A DNA stretch of 59,217 bases, the filler included, from Sphacelaria rigidula (Eukaryota), in NCBI GenBank assembly GCA_964200075.2. It is 9 parts of 9 records of this genome, joined end to end, with 100 filler letters (N's around TTAATTAATTAA, not from the genome) between each part and the next. Parts side by side here need not be neighbours in the genome. Positions count along the whole stretch, not along the records: positions 6,593 to 13,083 come from CAXNAA020019759.1; positions 13,184 to 19,674 come from CAXNAA020019760.1; positions 19,775 to 26,265 come from CAXNAA020019761.1; 6 more parts are not named here. The stretch is one strand, 5' to 3'. The notes beneath the pieces were generated by a model. The model was not told where the DNA came from and ran no database searches. It saw only the letters and a program-made list of their open reading frames with translations. The translations under genes were made by a program, and so were the position numbers. Positions 10,371 through 23,156 of the stretch are shown in pieces (within the stretch, counting starts at the first letter, position 1; each line of letters starts with the position of its first letter).

Positions 10371-13028
10371 TGGTGAGACACCCATGAGGCAGTGTGTAGC
10401 CCGTGACTGTCTCTGGAAGTGGCGATGTCAGAAAATGAAGCAACTCATTGGAGGCTGTCATCCAAGTACAAGATAATTGATACGCTTCGGAGAGGACAAT
10501 CTCAGCAGGGTACAGCTCACCCTTCATGCGCTCACCGAACACATTACAGCACTTCGTGCTTGGTGATTGACTGCAAGCCTGGTCCGGCAAATACCCGGCG
10601 TGCCGTCCCGGCTTTGTATGGATGCGAGGTCTATGGTCTTATGGACTACGGCATACAAAATCATGAGTAGCTCCCACGGTTTCCGATCAATGCGCTCGGA
10701 GCTTGGGTGAGAAGGCGCACTAGCATGCCTTCAGAACGCCGATTTAAACCGCCAGTCAGTTCCTTTGATTGAGTGTAGTTTTTTACAGTGGTGAGTCACA
10801 GAGCTCGCAAAAATTGGGTAAAGTTGGAGTGGCTGCACGACTGGAGTACTTCCTGAGCTGGTGTACGATTCTGTGAGACTTCGAAACCGGTAAGGATTCG
10901 TACCGCTCATGAGTGATGCGGATGCAGACCCCATGCAAGCAGCAGCTGTGGCTTTCTCTTCTATGGACGTCGCGGGTCCACCATGATGAGTCAGGAGCAG
11001 CCGGGTTGCGGGCGCAGCTGACTGTGGCATGGGGAGGTTCTGTGATGGCAACGACGGGCCAAATGACCGACCTCTGACGATGAGGCGCCCGTATTTGTGG
11101 TGGCTCGTCGAAACATTGCGGGGAGCTACAGCGCGAACCAACCACGGCGTGGCGGGGACACGCAGCCACGGCGGAGGAAAACCGCGGGGGTTTTGACAAG
11201 GTCCTCGAGCAGCTGGCGAAGATGAAGTGCAATGAACGAGACCTCGCTACCCTCCGGAAATCTGTTGCCCACCTCCCGCTGGCGCCGCAGGTAGTAGTGG
11301 TAGCGACTCCTCATTTCTCCGGGCATTCTTCCCCAGTTTCGGGGTGGCAGCCGAGCCCCTGCTCGTCACTAATGGCGACCCCTCCGGTTCCGATACCGTC
11401 CGTGTTCCCACCGGCGCCGTTGTCATTCCAACAGGGCGCTGGGGCAACGGACCCCGCGAGACCGGTGGGGGGGAGGAGGTTCTCCGCCTACCTATTCTGC
11501 AGCCGTGCCGCCGATGGCAAGTGCATATTATATCCGGCCTTTCAGCAGCCGACGTTTGGCGGAGAAGCAGCACAATAAGCGAGGCTTGTACTCAAAGCTA
11601 TGAGACAGGGCTCGGAGCAGAGCGTGAAAGAAGACGATACGAACCCGGGTTATGTGGATACTGGGCGGTGGAATGACGCTGCCCCGCACCCTTCCCGTAT
11701 CGCTGTGTATCACAGTCGTCGGGTGGTATCGCCGCAGCAGGTGGACATGAACATAGAGACTCGAGGGAGATTCAAACAGTTCTGGGAAGGATAGATAGAG
11801 CGCAACTCCCGTGTGTCTACATGGGTGGGCGGTGGGTGTGCGTGTACGTGGGATGTTGCGTGCAGCAGCTTGAAACCACTGAGCTACTGACTGTACACCC
11901 GTGTCGTTTTGGAGCACCCAACTCGGTAATACATACAATTCTTTAGGATGATTGAGGAGTGGGACATACGGTCCATGCCTCTCCCCGAGGCCCGAGCGTC
12001 GTTGGCTTGAAATTCGTGAGGGAGACGGATTTTTCAAGGAAACCGGCGCGTAAGATCGTTGCTCTGGTCTCCCGTTGGAATGATTTGGGGCCCGTTTTTC
12101 GAAGGGACGGACGGCGACCTCCCCTTCCTCAACTTCCATATCCTGCACTTACTCCTTTGTCGCAGTTTTCACCTACCTCACAAAAGTGATGTGGTGTGAC
12201 GTAGCCCCCCTCAGGGGTAGCCACCTTTTGATGTAGAAAATATCGGAATAACGGGCCAGTGAAATGCACAGTCATATACTTAACGAGTCAGTTTATCACA
12301 TTGCGAGAAGCAAGCGTTAACCTATCGTGACGCGATTTTATGGCAATGGTTTTGAGTATTTAGTATTGCCATGACTTGGGCTGGTAATTGTGTTATTCGG
12401 CTCATGGCCATTGATATTTTGAAAGACAAGAATATGCGTGCAGATTTATCTAGCGAAGTAAGAAACTGACGGACTGACCGACTGACTGGTTAATTGGGCC
12501 GTCGATTCCTTCCGTTTGTCGTAGCGTTTTTGGTGTGTGTGGTCAAGACGTTTGCGAATGGAGTGGTGTTGATGTTGACATTTTCGTGTCACAAGCAGGC
12601 GGACGTACGTGAACCCTACAGCACAATAATATGCTTCCGCTTGCGCCGTATGTTTCTTCATTGGGCAAACTATTTTGAAATGTGCTTCTTAGTTTCTGAC
12701 TGATGCCGCGATAGTCCCCCCCCCCAAACAAAACAAAACAGCCCTGAAACTGTCATGAGAAAGTGGCCATACAGCGCATGACAAATAGTTCCAGACTGCA
12801 TAAATTGCCTCATTTGGACGGCATGAGCGAAACGTATCCCAAGCATGGAAGTTCGCAGCTGCTCGGTGTGACCGGGTGTTGTCAATTTGATTTACATGTA
12901 GATTTTGCCTCCTCAAACCAGCCATTTTTGGGGGGGGGAGGGGCTACCGCGGCATCACTCTTCTCAACCATTCTGTTCCTGAAACGTGTGAATGGTTGAC
13001 TCGGAAATATGTATGTACGTATGTACTA

Positions 13029-13029
13029 T

Positions 13030-13083
<54 letters not shown>
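13029..13083 (+). repeat. (TAG)n microsatellite at contig end
   Basis: About 18 perfect TAG units directly before the linker. Confidence 0.95.
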
Positions 13084-13183
13084 NNNNNNNNNNNNNNNNN
13101 NNNNNNNNNNNNNNNNNNNNNNNNNNNTTAATTAATTAANNNNNNNNNNNNNNNNNNNNNNNNNNNNNNNNNNNNNNNNNNNN

Positions 13184-16100
13184 CACTGTTTTAGGCTTGA
13201 ACCTCATCTCGGAGTTAAACCTCAATTCGCGCAATTTCTTGTTATTTAATGAATAGATACGTGGCCGTCGGCGGAATACCCTGTCTACCTGTCGAACCAT
13301 ACCCCACAATTCAGACACTTATCCTTACACTCGCGGATGAGCTCATTTCGTATGCGGGGTTCGACATCCTGGGCCCAAAGGGGGGGTCATTGTTGTTCAT
13401 CGACATACCTACGTTGTATACCTCCGGCCAAATGTCATTGGCGAAGGATCAGCTGGAGAATAGACTAGCGAACGCGTCGGGCGCCTGTACCTGTGCAGTT
13501 ACCATAACCTCCCCGGTGGACGTCATAGATTTGGGTACCCATGGGGGTTGACCCGATTTTTTGGTCGTTTGCGCTCGTGGCGCAGAGGCAGCTGCAGGGG
13601 TAAAGGATTCCTGACTATTGATCAGCGGAACATGCTGGCCAACAGCCGCGGTTGCACCATCTTGTCTCATCCCAGTTGACTCTATGGCCTGTGTACGATT
13701 TGAACGCAACCCATCTAGTCTACTCCACATCTCCTCGAAATCCGAATACGGAACGGCTGCAGTAGCTGCATCGCCCCCAAGAACACTGGGCATGAGGCTG
13801 GGATACTGTCGACCGATACTGGAACGAAAGAGTGGCATTACCATCTTCTAAGTCGGAGCTAGGTCACGCCTGCCATCAACGGTAACCGAAATCAATGAGT
13901 GGAAACCCTTGAGGTATGGATCAAAGGGGGTTTGTACCTGGACTTTGAAACTGAGCGATACCTCGATGGACTCCCCCTCGTAGCTCGTGTCGAGCGACGA
14001 ACTGAGTAGCCGGAGCAAAAGCGTAAACGCTTCGTTCCCGCTTGAGCTTTTGTTGAGGGCCCGCGACACTTTGTCGAAGTGGGCGTCGCACATCGACCTG
14101 ATTTTCGACGATGGCAAAGAGTTAAAGTCGATGGCTTGCTTTATTGCTCGATGCAATGGACGAGTCCACCCGTGGACCCACTCACTGCTCTCCAGACTTA
14201 CAAAGTGCGGGTCGCAGACGGCGAGGATGTCGCTCAATACGTTTTTGAGCGAAAATCTCAGCTGGTTACAATTGAGACTCGCGTTGGACCCTGCAATGAG
14301 CGGTAACCGGGGTTTGACCTTACCTACCCTTTTGATGTTGAGTTCGAGGTAGGCGCGACGTATACTCGGGGCGTCAGTGCGTGGTGTGTTGGTTGGTACA
14401 GGAAGCGGTTTGTCTACTTGTTCACACTGGGGGTTTTCAGTTGTGGACGATTTACCTTCCGTCTTGACTGCCACAAGAACCTGTTTCTTCTCGTTTTTGG
14501 TTGATTGATCTCCCTCCTTTTCCTTCAGGAGGGGATGTCGTTGTTTTGCAACAGTGGAAGACAGAGGTAAGAAATCGGACAAGGTGTGTGTTGAGGATCG
14601 CTATGATCGGGCGCGGTCATTGTTGGGGAACTGCTCCTGATTATCCGTATCGCTTTCGTCGGTACTTGACGCATGTGACTTGGTGGAAGCTGTCTGTTTG
14701 TGTGATCGCGTTCGGTTTTTGTGGGCGCCACTATCCCTGATCGTACCTTGTCCTTTTCCCGCCGTTTGCCACTCTGTCTCTTTTTGCAGTGGAGTTTGTC
14801 CATCTCGTGGCGCACTAGCCCCGAAACCCGGATCCCAATCACCATGCGAGTTGTAGACGTGGTGCGTGGGTTGTGTGTGAGTACGAATATACTGTTTTCG
14901 GTATTTCTTCAACGTCGCGGAACATGGTGATGAGTGGCTCGACATATACGTGTTGGATAGTTTTCGTCGTGTAGTCGGGGTGGGGTTGGGGTTACACACA
15001 CGTAACAACCCCCGCGAGTGTAACTGTACTGCGGTTATTGGGGAACCAGAGAAGAGGGTCTTTGGCCTTCTCTGTAGTTGGATCTGCGAGGTGGTGTGCT
15101 TGACATGTACAACGTACTAGCTTAGCGAGTTCGTCGACGAAGTACGACAGGGCGGTATCCGCCAAGTTCCCCACACCGGACAAGTCCCATGCACACTCAC
15201 CAGGTTCTTGCAGCCGTAGTGGCGCAGTTGCTGCTTTTTCTTGAGCGGTGCCCATTGCCGCCATCGCGTTCGACGGGTTGACGTGTGGGACTCGGTTGTT
15301 GGGTTAGGGGGGGGAGGGGGGGGGGGAAGGGGGAGGGGGGGTTGTACACGGCTACCTGAGATCTGAAATGTGGTGGCTGAGCGGTTTTGTTTCGGTACCG
15401 TCGAAAGGACCTGTTGTGGGGGTGGGAGAAGTCCTGTAGGTAAAAAGCGTGATGATTCCGTTCGTATGGATATGGACCTCTCGGCAGTCATGGATGAAAT
15501 TTGAGGTTCATCCATGGTCACAGGGGGGTCAACAGTCAGTAAGCGAAGACGTCGAAGTTGTTCGTCTAAACCTGATTGTGTCACTGATAGGTGTGCAGTT
15601 GATTGTTCGGCATGTAGGTTATGAGTACGTTGAGCTTGTTTCAACTGTATGTAGCTGCGCAGTGCGCCGAGCCTTTGCCGATTGGCGGAGTATCTTATCC
15701 TGCTAGGTCTGTTGCAGAGCAAGAGCCTGTCGCTGCGTGTCCACATCACGTCGAGTCCGTGCTAGGGATTGGTCACGCTCGAAATCTTCGCGCCTAGTGC
15801 GCTCAGCTTTGGCCTGGTTGGCCTGGATAAGCATGTGATCCCAATGTTCGGCGTGTTCAGCAGCCGTCCACTGTTCCCACCTATGAGGGGATATGGTATC
15901 TGGGCGTGAGTGGTGAGACTGTGTTTTCGCCTTGTCCCTTACTTTTTTCGGAGGGCGCGTTGCGGTGGAGCTAGATTTTACCTGGTCTGTTGTCGAGGGC
16001 ATAACGCCGATATCCCGGTCAACACCTACGGGGGGGGAAGCGGTGTCTATTATTGCCGAACTTGCGTCACCGCCTGCAGCGGCTGACTGGAGTGGGGTGT

Positions 16101-16330
16101 CACTATTTTCAGTGATCAGAAGTGTGGGGTCCAAAGGGAGATTGACTCCCGTAACCACGTTGACAGCTGCTTCGACGAAAGCATGACTGTGGTAAAAAAC
16201 CGCCCACGCCTAGTTCCTGACCGTTGCTATCGACACTACCAGACCTGGTAATACCGTTGTCCGAGGAGGGGGCACCGTCTGCGAGTGTACCTTGAACAGG
16301 TGTTCCCGGCGTGCGTTCGACATCAGACAT
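13184..16330 (-). pseudogene. Decayed gag/ORF1-like gene of a retrotransposon (possibly DIRS/Ngaro or LTR type)
   Basis: Chain of co-oriented minus-strand ORF pieces (16109-16816, 15703-16158, 15117-15749, 14992-15264, 13848-14582, 13449-13844) broken by stops and frameshifts. Coiled-coil-like and Pro-rich N-terminal part. After a frameshift near 13380 it reads ELIRECKDKCLNCG, the start of a zinc knuckle. Confidence 0.6.
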
Positions 16331-17923
16331 GGTATGTGTACCTGTAGTAGTACGTGGTATAGGCAGGGTGGAAGTCAAGAGGTTGATCAGGGATCTGGGT
16401 GTTGTGCATGTATACGGATATGTTGTCTGAAACTGATGGCTGTGTTGTATATTCGTGGTTATCGGGGAAACGGTATAGCTCCTCTGTGGTTGTGAACCTC
16501 CCACGTTGGTTGTTGTCAATTCGGGTGGATGTACAGACAGAAAGTCATCGTACTGAACCATATGTGACATGGGTGCAACATAGGTGTACGTATCGGGCAG
16601 TTGGATGTCACACTCCGTCTGCGAACAAAGGAATTCACTGTCTGTACGGCGGAGTAAATTTAAAACAGCCCGTGTGGATCCTGCCTGCCAGTAAAGATCG
16701 TCAGTTACACACCTATTGGTCGGCTCGGTGAGTACAGGGCCGACGAGAAATGAACGGAGGAGTTGGAGCGAAGGGGAAAATGTAGTAGTGTGTCTAGAAC
16801 GGCCATGCTGAAACAAAAAACGTGAGCGGCTGTATTTTCAGAGACACGTCTACGGATGAACAAGGGAACGGTTGTACGGATTGAATTTGCGTGATGGCAT
16901 GCTGTTCTTTTCGCACGGTGTACAACGGTACTAAACAGAGCGCATTCTTCACGGCATGTTGATGCGCACAGTGTCGATGTCCTGTGGAGGGGGGCGGGGT
17001 GGGTTATGTAGAAAAGGAGAGTTCGCGAATGCGCGCACGTCTCAAGCGCCTGATGGTGCGTTCGTCATTGTCTGAGATGGTACTGGGCACGTTGTGAGCC
17101 ATATGTGGCCTGCTGTCAGACCAGGGTCGTAACGCCTGTCAAACTGCGAGTAGGAATAGCAACAGCTGTCTCTGAAAAAACAAAACCAGACACCCGAGTT
17201 GTCGTCTGTCACACGCCGGCAACGTATACACAATATTCTAGTCAAGAACAACAAAAACGAAAATATTCAGGCTGGTGCGCAACAGCGGCCGAGCGAGAGA
17301 GAAAACCCTACAGCTTGAATGAAACAAGCTACCTCTGAAGCCCCAACCTGTAATAGTATAACAGTAGCAAAGCAAGCCGAAACCCAAAGAAGAGATGTGA
17401 CAAGCTGATCCTGTGTTCGACTCGTTAAACCAACCTGTAGGTTCGCAATCTCAATACAACTCCAGTGGTGTGGTTCGATGCAAGTTCGTCTCTTCTGAAG
17501 AGGAACTGCACTTTAACGATCCAACGTGGGCTATTGTGATGGTATATGACCGCGTGCGAGAACTAAACTAGCACAGTGGGATATCACGATCGTTTCACAA
17601 ACGACCGGCGAGTAAGAGACGAGGATCTTAGTCGAAAGTGTGCTTGTGTAAAGTAGAAATTAGACCATTCGCACAGTTGAATTGGTGTTTTCCTGGTTTT
17701 GTTTTCGGACATTGGCTGTATCGGATTAGTCATATGGGGCACACGCCTGCTAGTACTTGATTGATAGGAAGGACACGCGGAAATAATTTTGTATTATGTC
17801 ATTTGTATGCGTGGCTACGAGAGTGGTTTTGCTGAAACCCTGGCGTCCCCACCTAGTCACTTGCCCCACCGACCGGTCTACAGGCACCTTTTTGGATATA
17901 AGACGAACTTTCAACCATCACCT

Positions 17924-18180
17924 CAGCAATGCTACGGTAGGGGTGCACTTTTTTCGCAAAATCATGTCTAGTTCAGGGGCTCCTATCGATTCTAGATGCA
18001 CAAAAATATGGGTCAGGTCATCTCCGTTTGCAAATTCATTCGGAATATACCCAGTACATTGGAGTAGTGATCCTGGCGTATTTTCACATATTTTCATAGG
18101 TCGTGTTTTTCATGAGATAAAGGGCTCCCAACAATTCTAACCTCAGAAAAACATTGTGCACCCCTACCGTAGCATCACTC
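17924..18180. mobile_element. Non-autonomous TIR element with 4-bp TSD (Sola-type MITE); right end of another copy at 32957-33026, related ends at 55247 and 55426-55968
   Basis: TIRs (c)agcaatgctacggtaggggtgcac / gtgcacccctaccgtagcatcactc. ACCT is duplicated at 17920-17923 and 18181-18184. Other copies show GAG/CTC termini. Confidence 0.75.
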
Positions 18181-18961
18181 ACCTACCCCATCGATCTCTC
18201 CTGTCTACTCGGTCTCAAGTCCACAACCAACTGCCGTGAGTTCATCTGCAAGCTGTGCTGTACTATCATCCTTATCCATCGCTTGTAATTATCGTTTCAG
18301 GCTTTGGCTGGGTGTTTCCCTCCAAACAGCTGGATTGCTGTGTTGAGAGAAAACCTTCAGCTTTGATATCACAAGACGAACACAGGACTGGCTTGTCACA
18401 TCCCTCCCTTGGGGTGCGGCTTGCTTTGCTAGTGTTATACTATTACATTCCTTACAGCGTAGGCGTCCAATCAGTGAGGGCGAAAGCGACAACAGCAAAA
18501 CAAGTGCGTCGATTTCTAGGAGTTCCGTGAATCTTCGACCCGCAGGTATATTGCTTTTATATCTCTTTCTGGGTCGTCTATTATTTGGCATTCGCAGTCT
18601 TTTTTGTTTATGACCAACACATGACGTTCAAACGGTAACGCGATTATATTTCCTGACTCCACACAACAGTGTTTTCGTGCAATTGAGAGTAGGGGATACG
18701 ATTGAGAGTGAAAAGCGCTCAATTAATGAATGAATCGTTTCAGTTCTGAAACGCCACTCCATGAGGCACAATTTGCTTTCTGTAGTAGCTTGCCACTGAG
18801 GCCCTTGATATCCCTGAGTAGGATATCGACGTGTAGCTGTGAGCGCACGCAAGTGATGGAGACAAAGAAAAGTGCACACGTAATGAAAAAATATATACGT
18901 CGGACGAGCACGAGTGTGACTAATGGCACTCGCACTCGTTGGTCTGCTCGTTGGCCGTAAA

Positions 18962-19342
18962 AATGAATAGGGCGAGCACTCGATTCAGTATTCGTTGTGG
19001 AAAAAATGAATAGGGCGACCACTCGAGTCATCCTTCGTTGTGGGAAAAATGAATAGAGCGACCTCTCGAGTCATTGCTCGTTGTGGAAATAAATGAATAG
19101 GGCGAGCACTGGAGTCATTGCTCGGTGTGGATTCAAAATAATAGGGCGAGCACTGGAGTCATTGCTCGGTGTGGAAACAAAATAATAGGGCGAGCGCTCG
19201 AGTCACTGCCCGTTGGGGGGAACATAATAGGGCGAGCACTGTAGCCATCGCTCGTTGTGAGAACAAATATTAGGGCGGGCGCTCGAGTCATTGCTCATTG
19301 AGGGAAAAAATCATTGGACATGGCACTCGAGTCATTGCTCGT
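18962..19342 (+). repeat. Tandem array of ~43-45-bp units with an internal hairpin
   Basis: About 8-9 units of AAT(G/A)ATAGGGCGAGCACTCGAGTCATTGCTCGTTGTGGAAA. Confidence 0.9.
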
Positions 19343-20353
19343 GATGAACGGCTTCAGTGGAGGAGTCCGCAACCCGACGAGCAAATAGTTATAATGAGTT
19401 TTTTTACGATCTTGAACCCAGAATCTTCAAGTTCATATGCATATCTGCACATGCGTCAACCGCAAACATAGGTGTTCAAGTACTTGCCTGCGCGACTGGC
19501 AGAACTTGAGGACTTGGATGTATCCATCGCCGCGGGAGCCGAAGACGAGATAGACGTAGTTCCGTCAGGGGCGGAAACCCCAGGGGCCGGGGCGGGGGTA
19601 GAAAAGGCTAAGATATAGACACCTTGACAGATGTCCGTTGGTGGTCAATTTAGAGTCATCCTACGATAGAAGGGNNNNNNNNNNNNNNNNNNNNNNNNNN
19701 NNNNNNNNNNNNNNNNNNTTAATTAATTAANNNNNNNNNNNNNNNNNNNNNNNNNNNNNNNNNNNNNNNNNNNNGCTCACGTTGAGGCGAACCTGGAGAT
19801 ATCTAAATGATCGTTCAACTCCGTATACTAGTGGAGAAATAGGAAGAAAAAGTTTTTTCCCAAATGAATTTGGCATTTTCCTCATTCTCGACCGCGGGTA
19901 GGGAGGGGGATGAAGGGGTGGCTCATGGATTTCCCGATATGGGGCCCCTCGCTCAGACTGTACTGCGTAGCATATGCTGTCAAGTTACACACAAGTAGGA
20001 CATGCTGGCAGCTATCGTCCAACGCCAGAACAATTGCTCTTAGCTTCACAATGTGATGGATTTTTTGCTGCTCATGGTTTCGTCGTCACCCTAGCTTTTT
20101 CGTTCCCGGCAATGGTCTGTCACCTTGAAACCTGATACTGTTGTGTGCACGAATAGGTATTTGCCTTGGCAACATACGCAGCGCAAGTTCAGTTGTCTCA
20201 TTATGTGCTCTGAAGAGAGATATCATGAAGCCTGCTCCGGATGTTTGAGCATAGAAGATGCCGGTGAAGCGTTCCCTGAACGTAACATAATAGCCACGGT
20301 GGTTTGGCCGCACATGGCTCTTCCTGATGAATCCAAGCTCTTCGTGTCTCGTA

Positions 20354-20497
20354 CGAGCTGGGCCAGCAGTAAATCCCGCATTCGCTTCCCACACCACGAC
20401 TTCTTAAGTTTCCCAAATCAGCGGGACTTGAGCATGTCGCTGTAAATTGAAAACCAACCTGGTGACACGCGGCACCGCCTCTGGTCGATTGGCGCAG

Positions 20498-20540
<43 letters not shown>

Positions 20541-21522
20541 CTTCACATTAAAAACCGTCCCGATATCTGCGCGGTACATTCGTACTGGGCATCTAATGCG
20601 GACGCATCCCGTGGTCACAGGCTAGCGAAAACCAAAAAAACAAGGTAAACCCAGATTAAAACTCACGAAACGCGATACAAGCAAAACAGGGATAAATAAT
20701 GAAGGAGGGAGAGAGTACAGCAGTAGTGGCGATGGTGTTATTGTACTTACTACATTGAGTACCGGGCGCATCTCCTGTCGTCGCGTGACAGCGTGTCTGG
20801 AGACGTTTCGTTTCACAAAATACGGTCGAAGAACGATAGACAGTTGCGCCGCATAGGCACGCGAACTCCCGATATGCGCAGGCAAAAGCACACTGATAGT
20901 GCTGCAAGATGGCATGAAGCTCGTCAAGAGCTCCATCATGGGACAGGACCTCCGAGCCGACTGTCGTGTATCACCGTACGAGGGAGACGTACTACTTGAA
21001 ACTGCGCTGTACCCCCCCCCCCCCCCCCCCAAAGCAAGACCGTCACCAAAATATCGAGACCCTTTGCAACCCAGGAGGTACGGAAGATTATGCACGATTA
21101 CATCATGCACAAAAAAGAAATGTGTCAGGGTTTGCACTCGTGACCTGTGTAAGTGGAGGCTGCTGTATCAGTTTGACGACCGGGGCGTAGCCGTTTCACA
21201 CGAAAAGTACCCGCCTGCGCCAAATTCCAGGAATTGATGGCCGAAATTTTAGCAGGATCTCCTGTACACACAAGGACGCACAACAGCACGAGGGATGCCG
21301 CCGTATCTCTTGATTTTCGCGGAGTTGTAACTTTTTCCAGTTTTTGCAGAAACTTCAAATCGCTCTCACTTTCTGTCTTCTTCTTTTGTTCTTGGCATCT
21401 CTCGTAATGTTGTGGCTATTGATGATAAAAATTTCGAGTCAAAATCTCAGCGCCCAACTCCTCAGATTACCCACAGCAGGACCCGGAAATATGCACAAAT
21501 CACTGTCAGCTGGCCCAGCTCG
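20354..21522. mobile_element. Mariner-type MITE with TA TSD (carries nested insertions); other copies 26725-28490 and 42989-44110
   Basis: TA|CGAGCTGGGCCAG ... CTGGCCCAGCTCG|TA termini and shared internal blocks among three copies in three contigs. Confidence 0.75.
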
Positions 21523-22986
21523 TACTACACTTTCGGTCTCCGTTTCCATTGTATAGCACACTTGAGGCAGATATCACGTGATTTGTGTGCTCATTTGGAG
21601 CTCAACTTGTGCGAACCAGCCTCTTTTCCGTCTCTGAGGGCCAGCACAACACTGTACAGTCAGTGTTACATGCCGGTTGGGTACTAAAGGTAAGTCAAGG
21701 ACAATTCGACACCCCGGTACTTCCAAGGTTTTCCGATTTCGGCCGCGTTGTTTTATTCGCGGGCAGTGAGTGTTGCATACCGACCCGAAAGTTTCGATAT
21801 ACCGTGCCGACATATTGAACCAAATATCGTAACGAAATGATTTCGGTAGTTTGATATCATTTTTCTTTTTTTTCACCTATTTTGAGCATTATGCCATCGT
21901 ACATCATACCCAAAATAGTGAGGTCGTAGTAGATGAGCGCAATCTGTTCCAACGGCTTCTTGTTTTTCACGATTGGGTACGAGGGTAGCCTCCCCCTCAC
22001 CAATTTTGGGCTCACAGTCCTTTTTCCGGTGTGGCACAGGAACTGAATGATATGAAATACCCCCCCCCCCCACTGTGTTCTTGTTCTTGTTCTTGTCTTC
22101 ACATTAAAAACCGTTCCGATATCTGCGCAGTACTCTGTACTGAGCATCTGATGCGGACGCCTTCCGTGGTCACAGGCTAACTACCCCCGATATAGGGTAA
22201 AAGAAAGTCATAAATAAAATCGGACCCAGAAACAATTCACACAGACGCGATACAAGAGAAATAAAATAAAAAAACAAAAAACGAAAATACGAGAAAAAAA
22301 AGTAGGAAGATGAAAGAAAATGGACTACTGCTATCCCTCTAAGTTTCGATATGTGGCGAAAAAAAAGGGGTACGATTGAGTTTGGTACAGTACATACAGC
22401 ACAAGAAGTGGGAAATGAGTCCCATTCGTTTGCTGCTACCACAGGTCACATATCAATCTCCCGCATTGTGACAACCGGGGCACGGGTAGGCAAGGTGACG
22501 GGTTTATCTAGAACTCTCCATAGATACCTTGTTGATAAAAAAATATCATGTATGTGCATAGCAACAGCACAAAACAATTTCGGCGCAAAAATATCTCACG
22601 GGAAAGGGTGGTGGTCGTAGACCCCATTTGGTTGCCGCAGCAACAGCGTCTCATTTCGATCTGCCGCGAGGCGGCAACCGTGGGACGGAAGGGCAAAATT
22701 TGGAATGTATGTGATGCATAATGCCTAAGACAGATGGTGGTGATAGGTCCTTGTGGAGGGCCCACAATGCTGTAAAATAAACCACGACGAAATGTCCGGG
22801 AAAAAAAACCCGTTTTCCCGTAAGATCGGACCGAAACCCTGAGAAGAACCCCTTCTCAGTGTTATTCCATGTATCATCGTGGATACACAACAAAGGCGCT
22901 CATTAGTAAGACCAAAACGCTTAGTTGAGAGCTACACACAGTCGTTCATACACAACTGGTTGTTCCCCCCCATGCTACAAAAATAT

Positions 22987-23156
22987 CACACCCTGAACAA
23001 TATGTGGTCAAAAGATGCAATAGACAAAAAATGTACTGCATAAAGTATAGGCCCATTGCAACTATTGCCGGCTTACAATAGTCACAATAGACCTATACTT
23101 TATGCAGTACGTTTCTTGTCTAATGCAACTACTGACCATATAGTGTCCAAGGTGTG
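22987..23156. mobile_element. Palindromic (foldback) MITE, ~170 bp; related copy ~57045-57211
   Basis: Two ~80-nt arms are imperfect reverse complements around ccggctta. The second copy has the same attgcaactattg..caatagt core. Confidence 0.75.

Noticed and set aside
10731..12150. Possible retroelement gag remnant
   Set aside because: GC-rich and ORF-like, but no diagnostic motif that I could support.
18962..19342. CRISPR-like array
   Set aside because: No unique spacers, units are contiguous and degenerate, no cas genes, eukaryotic context.
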